DNA of 63,992 nt, counting the filler, from Neoconidiobolus thromboides FSU 785 (taxonomy: Eukaryota > Fungi > Entomophthoromycota), in NCBI GenBank assembly GCA_025603075.1. It is 5 parts of 5 records of this genome, joined end to end, with 100 filler letters (N's around TTAATTAATTAA, not from the genome) between each part and the next. Parts side by side here need not be neighbours in the genome. Positions count along the whole stretch, not along the records: positions 60,959 to 62,487 come from MU626953.1; positions 62,588 to 63,992 come from MU626975.1; 3 more parts are not named here. One strand, written 5' to 3'. Shown here piece by piece: positions 61,006-63,992 of the stretch. Position 1 is the stretch's first letter, and each line of letters starts with the position of its first letter. The position numbers and the translations under genes were made by a program. The notes under the pieces were generated by a model. That model saw nothing but the letters and a program-made list of their open reading frames with translations, was not told the DNA's origin and did not search any database.

Positions 61006-62412
61006 CCCTCATCAACCGATGATCAAAAAATCAATAAAAAAATTAACCAAATTGAAGATTTATATTCAAAGTTTATGATTGATAATGTCAATATTAATCA
61101 GCTCAGTCCTAAAGCCACTACTCCACCAGGATTTGGGTTGGATAATTTAATGTTCGATTTCAACAAGTTCGCTATTGATGATACTAAAGACACATTATTT
61201 GATTCCATCTGGAACAAAAGTAGCCAGAGTTCCACTCTTACTAAATCATCATATGTCAAGAATAAAAGTAAGTCTATGTCTGAAATGAATCTTAATTTGA
61301 ATATCAAAAAGTCACTTCAAACTTCTATTCACAATCCGCAATCTCATTCTAAAGATAATGTAAAGGCATCTCATGGGGTTAATAACAATTCGAATGTACA
61401 AGCTCAATTATCCAAAATCAATCACTTCAATGAATATACCATAAGATTATTATTAAGTGATAAGGAAGCAGGTGTAATCTTCAAACCAGAAGTCAACGTG
61501 TTATATAATTTGAGTAAAAACAAAGTAAAAGTATCGATTACGAAGCCATCAATTATTCCAAACATCAATGATCGTATATTAACGTTGCAAGGGACTGTTG
61601 AGAATGTTGCAAAGAGTGTTTCCACTTTATCGAGGATTTGGACTCAAAACGAGGAAACAAGTACTATTTATATCAAAAGCGGTATAAACTCACGTAAATT
61701 AACAGAAGAACATACTTTTGTACGATTACTTGTATGTGATCTAATGATTGGTTCCATTCTTGGTACAAAGGGATCTAATGTAAAACAAATTGAATCAATC
61801 AGTGGGATTAAACTAATTGCTTTTAAAGGCAAATTACCTGAATGTAATGATAGGATGATTGAATTACAAGGTAGTGTTACTAGTATTTATATATCAATGT
61901 TGATCATTGGGGATAAGTTATATAATTGTAAAATACTCAATGGAGTTGTTATAAATTATGATCCCAACAATACAGTTTCAGGTATTGTTAAAGATGTTTT
62001 GGATAAACGTGAGCCATTGCATCCATATCCTGGGAAACGTATTGGTCAAGTAAATCAGGACACTATTTCCCCACTTCATATTCGTAGTAGTAATGAGTCA
62101 TTAAAGTCATCTTCACTCCATTACCGTAGTAGATCGCATCCAAATATGAGAAAAGACCCACAAGTGGATAATCTAATGAAACGAGAGATTATTGTTCATT
62201 CTGATATTTTATATATTCTTCAAGAGAAAAGTAAAAGAGATTTGGATTTATTAAACAGTGAAGAAGATTCTTTATTAAATATATCAATTACACAAGAAAA
62301 CTTTGGTTATACTAAAATCACTATTGTTGGTAATCAAAACTCTTGCTTAAGAGCTTTTAATATCTATGATTTTTATATCAAAGTTATCCGTAAGGATGTT
62401 AAATTTATTTAG
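60961..62412 (+). CDS. KH-domain RNA-binding protein (PCBP/hnRNP K-like); 5' end probably in the gap
   Basis: VRLLVCDLMIGSILGTKGSNVKQIESISG and DRMIELQG/DRILTLQG KH motifs; the frame is open from the gap edge (poly-Asn) to the track ATG at 61075. Confidence 0.8.
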
Positions 62413-62487
62413 GCTGCGCCATTAGCTCATACTCATCTTATTGGCACTAATAAAATTTATTTATTTGCTGGGATACATTTATTTTTT

Positions 62488-62587
62488 NNNNNNNNNNNNN
62501 NNNNNNNNNNNNNNNNNNNNNNNNNNNNNNNTTAATTAATTAANNNNNNNNNNNNNNNNNNNNNNNNNNNNNNNNNNNNNNNNNNNN
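62488..62587. other. Assembly gap
   Basis: N run with linker. Confidence 0.98.
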
Positions 62588-63992
62588 GCTTTCCATAGTT
62601 TAAATCGAAGGCTAGTGGTAATTTTTTTAAATTTACTAGGTTCAGAAGTGTTCTTAAATGCATTCCTTGTATGATATTCTGGTTTGGTCCATTGTTGAGC
62701 TGGTAATGCTATAGGGTCATTTATATGTTCATCATCTTCCTTTTCAGCTTCTATTTCATATTTAGTTAAGTTTAAACTAAAAAAACAAATTAATTACCTT
62801 TCTTGTTTTTTTCATATTCTGAATTAGCATCCTTAAGGGGGTTATCAGTAGTATCATTTGATTCATACTGTTGAGGATCCTCTGATAATCTGTTCCCTTT
62901 TAACCATTTTGCCCATGTAATATTTGGTCTCCACCATCTTTTTTGTTTTGATAGAGTAGATGGACCAGTGCCCAAAAATCCAGATCGTTTGCTTACATAT
63001 GGTCTTAATGATAAAAAGATTTCTTCTTTTTCCAAAAAGTTTGTGATAGACTTAGAAAACTCTCGAATAGAAAAAATACCTGAAAATACAACAAGCATAG
63101 GCTCTGGAAATGGAGCATGTAAATGAGGTGTGAAAAGCACTTGTTTATGAATCAACTTGAGACATCTTCCTTCTGCAAGTTCAAATTCCACTATGGCTTC
63201 CTTTAATTTAGCAATCATATCTTTCAAATCTTCTGGTTTTTTACTCTTTTCATTTTGGAGATTATGTGGACATTCTTCTTCTGAAAACTCTTTTAAAGCT
63301 GCACAATGGCAACAATGCTTTGGTTTTTCTTCTTCCATTTTTGCTTTTATTTCACTTTCGTTTATTAACAGTTCTTTTGCTAATCCAATAGCTTCAGAAC
63401 ACACTTCACTCATTTTAGCTAAAGGTGCACTTACGATATGTAATATATCATGGATCAAGTCCCTTGCTAGTATTGGATCTATCTCAGGAACGATGGGCAT
63501 AATTTCACCACCTAATTTACTTAAACTAAGAGCAGATGGAGATGGTGGTAGTGAAAATGCTTTTATTTCTGTAGGTGAATTACTTCTTGTAGTTACTGGA
63601 CTAATATCTTCACTATCTGTTTTCCTCAAACTAAGTAATTGTCTTTGTCTTTGTACAGCTAAATTAAGACCACCTAAATGTTGTTGTAATAAAAGTGATA
63701 GATTGATCAATGTTTTATAATCATTTGGTGGATGGATAGAATAAGCATACTCATATCTTGCTTCTCTACCAGCCTTTACTAATGCAGTAACAGCGGTAAT
63801 TGAACGTGAATGAAGTATCTCTAAATCATGGGGTGTTATGCTTAAAGTATCATCTTTTAAAAGAAAACTATCTGAAAGTAAATTTAAAGTTGAATGAAGT
63901 GACTCCAAAGTAAGTACAAGTGAATCACCAAGATCTTGAGAAGCTGATTCAGGCCATAAAGCGACATTAACGAAAGTACTAATACCTACACC
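62588..63992 (-). CDS. Internal part of an ArAE/FUSC/ALMT-like (Bre4-type) membrane protein, truncated at both ends
   Basis: Open from the window end (GVGISTFVNVALWPESASQDL, typical post-TM motif); intron 62797-62751 continues it to ...LRFKLWKA at the gap. Confidence 0.6.

Noticed and set aside
23843-62587. TTAATTAATTAA motif recurring four times
   Set aside because: Always centred in identical N padding; a scaffolding linker. It also creates the false LIN-stop end of ORF 43246-43707.
2404-63720. Short antisense or overlapping ORFs in the track (e.g. 2404-2598, 15101-15334, 17019-17303, 33168-33374, 34767-34997, 39015-39263, 51784-52038, 63157-63720)
   Set aside because: Shadows of longer, motif-supported genes on the other strand or frame.

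Overview
Very AT-rich eukaryotic DNA from a fungal draft scaffold. It has short ~50-nt GT-AG introns and four 100-nt placeholder gaps, each with a TTAATTAATTAA linker. Gene content suggests an early-diverging, Conidiobolus/Entomophthoromycotina-like fungus (inference, not verified). Recognisable genes: a tandem subtilisin pair, four F-box/LRR-like genes plus one relic, DUG1/CNDP2 dipeptidase, GCS1-type ArfGAP, two Zn2Cys6 factors, ENA-type P-ATPase, a divergent glutamate-cysteine ligase, THI6, tRNA-Pro(TGG), an M14 carboxypeptidase, two secreted tyrosinases, a KH protein and a partial ArAE/FUSC-like membrane protein. Main signals the ORF track does not show: (1) a ~98-bp MITE family (19 copies, GGGGATGT termini, 4-bp TSDs) whose right end matches the terminus of two decayed elements, one of which still reads as a Sola2-like transposase; (2) four solo LTRs of one family, all in or abutting those two relics, including a three-level nest; (3) a mirror-image arrangement of a near-identical 8-Cys secreted peptide gene and a Zn2Cys6 factor around a central F-box/F-box/ENA block, with a tyrosinase next to one peptide copy; (4) a GSH1-like ligase whose cysteine-pocket residues appear remodelled. 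All alignments and counts were done by eye; no database search was run.
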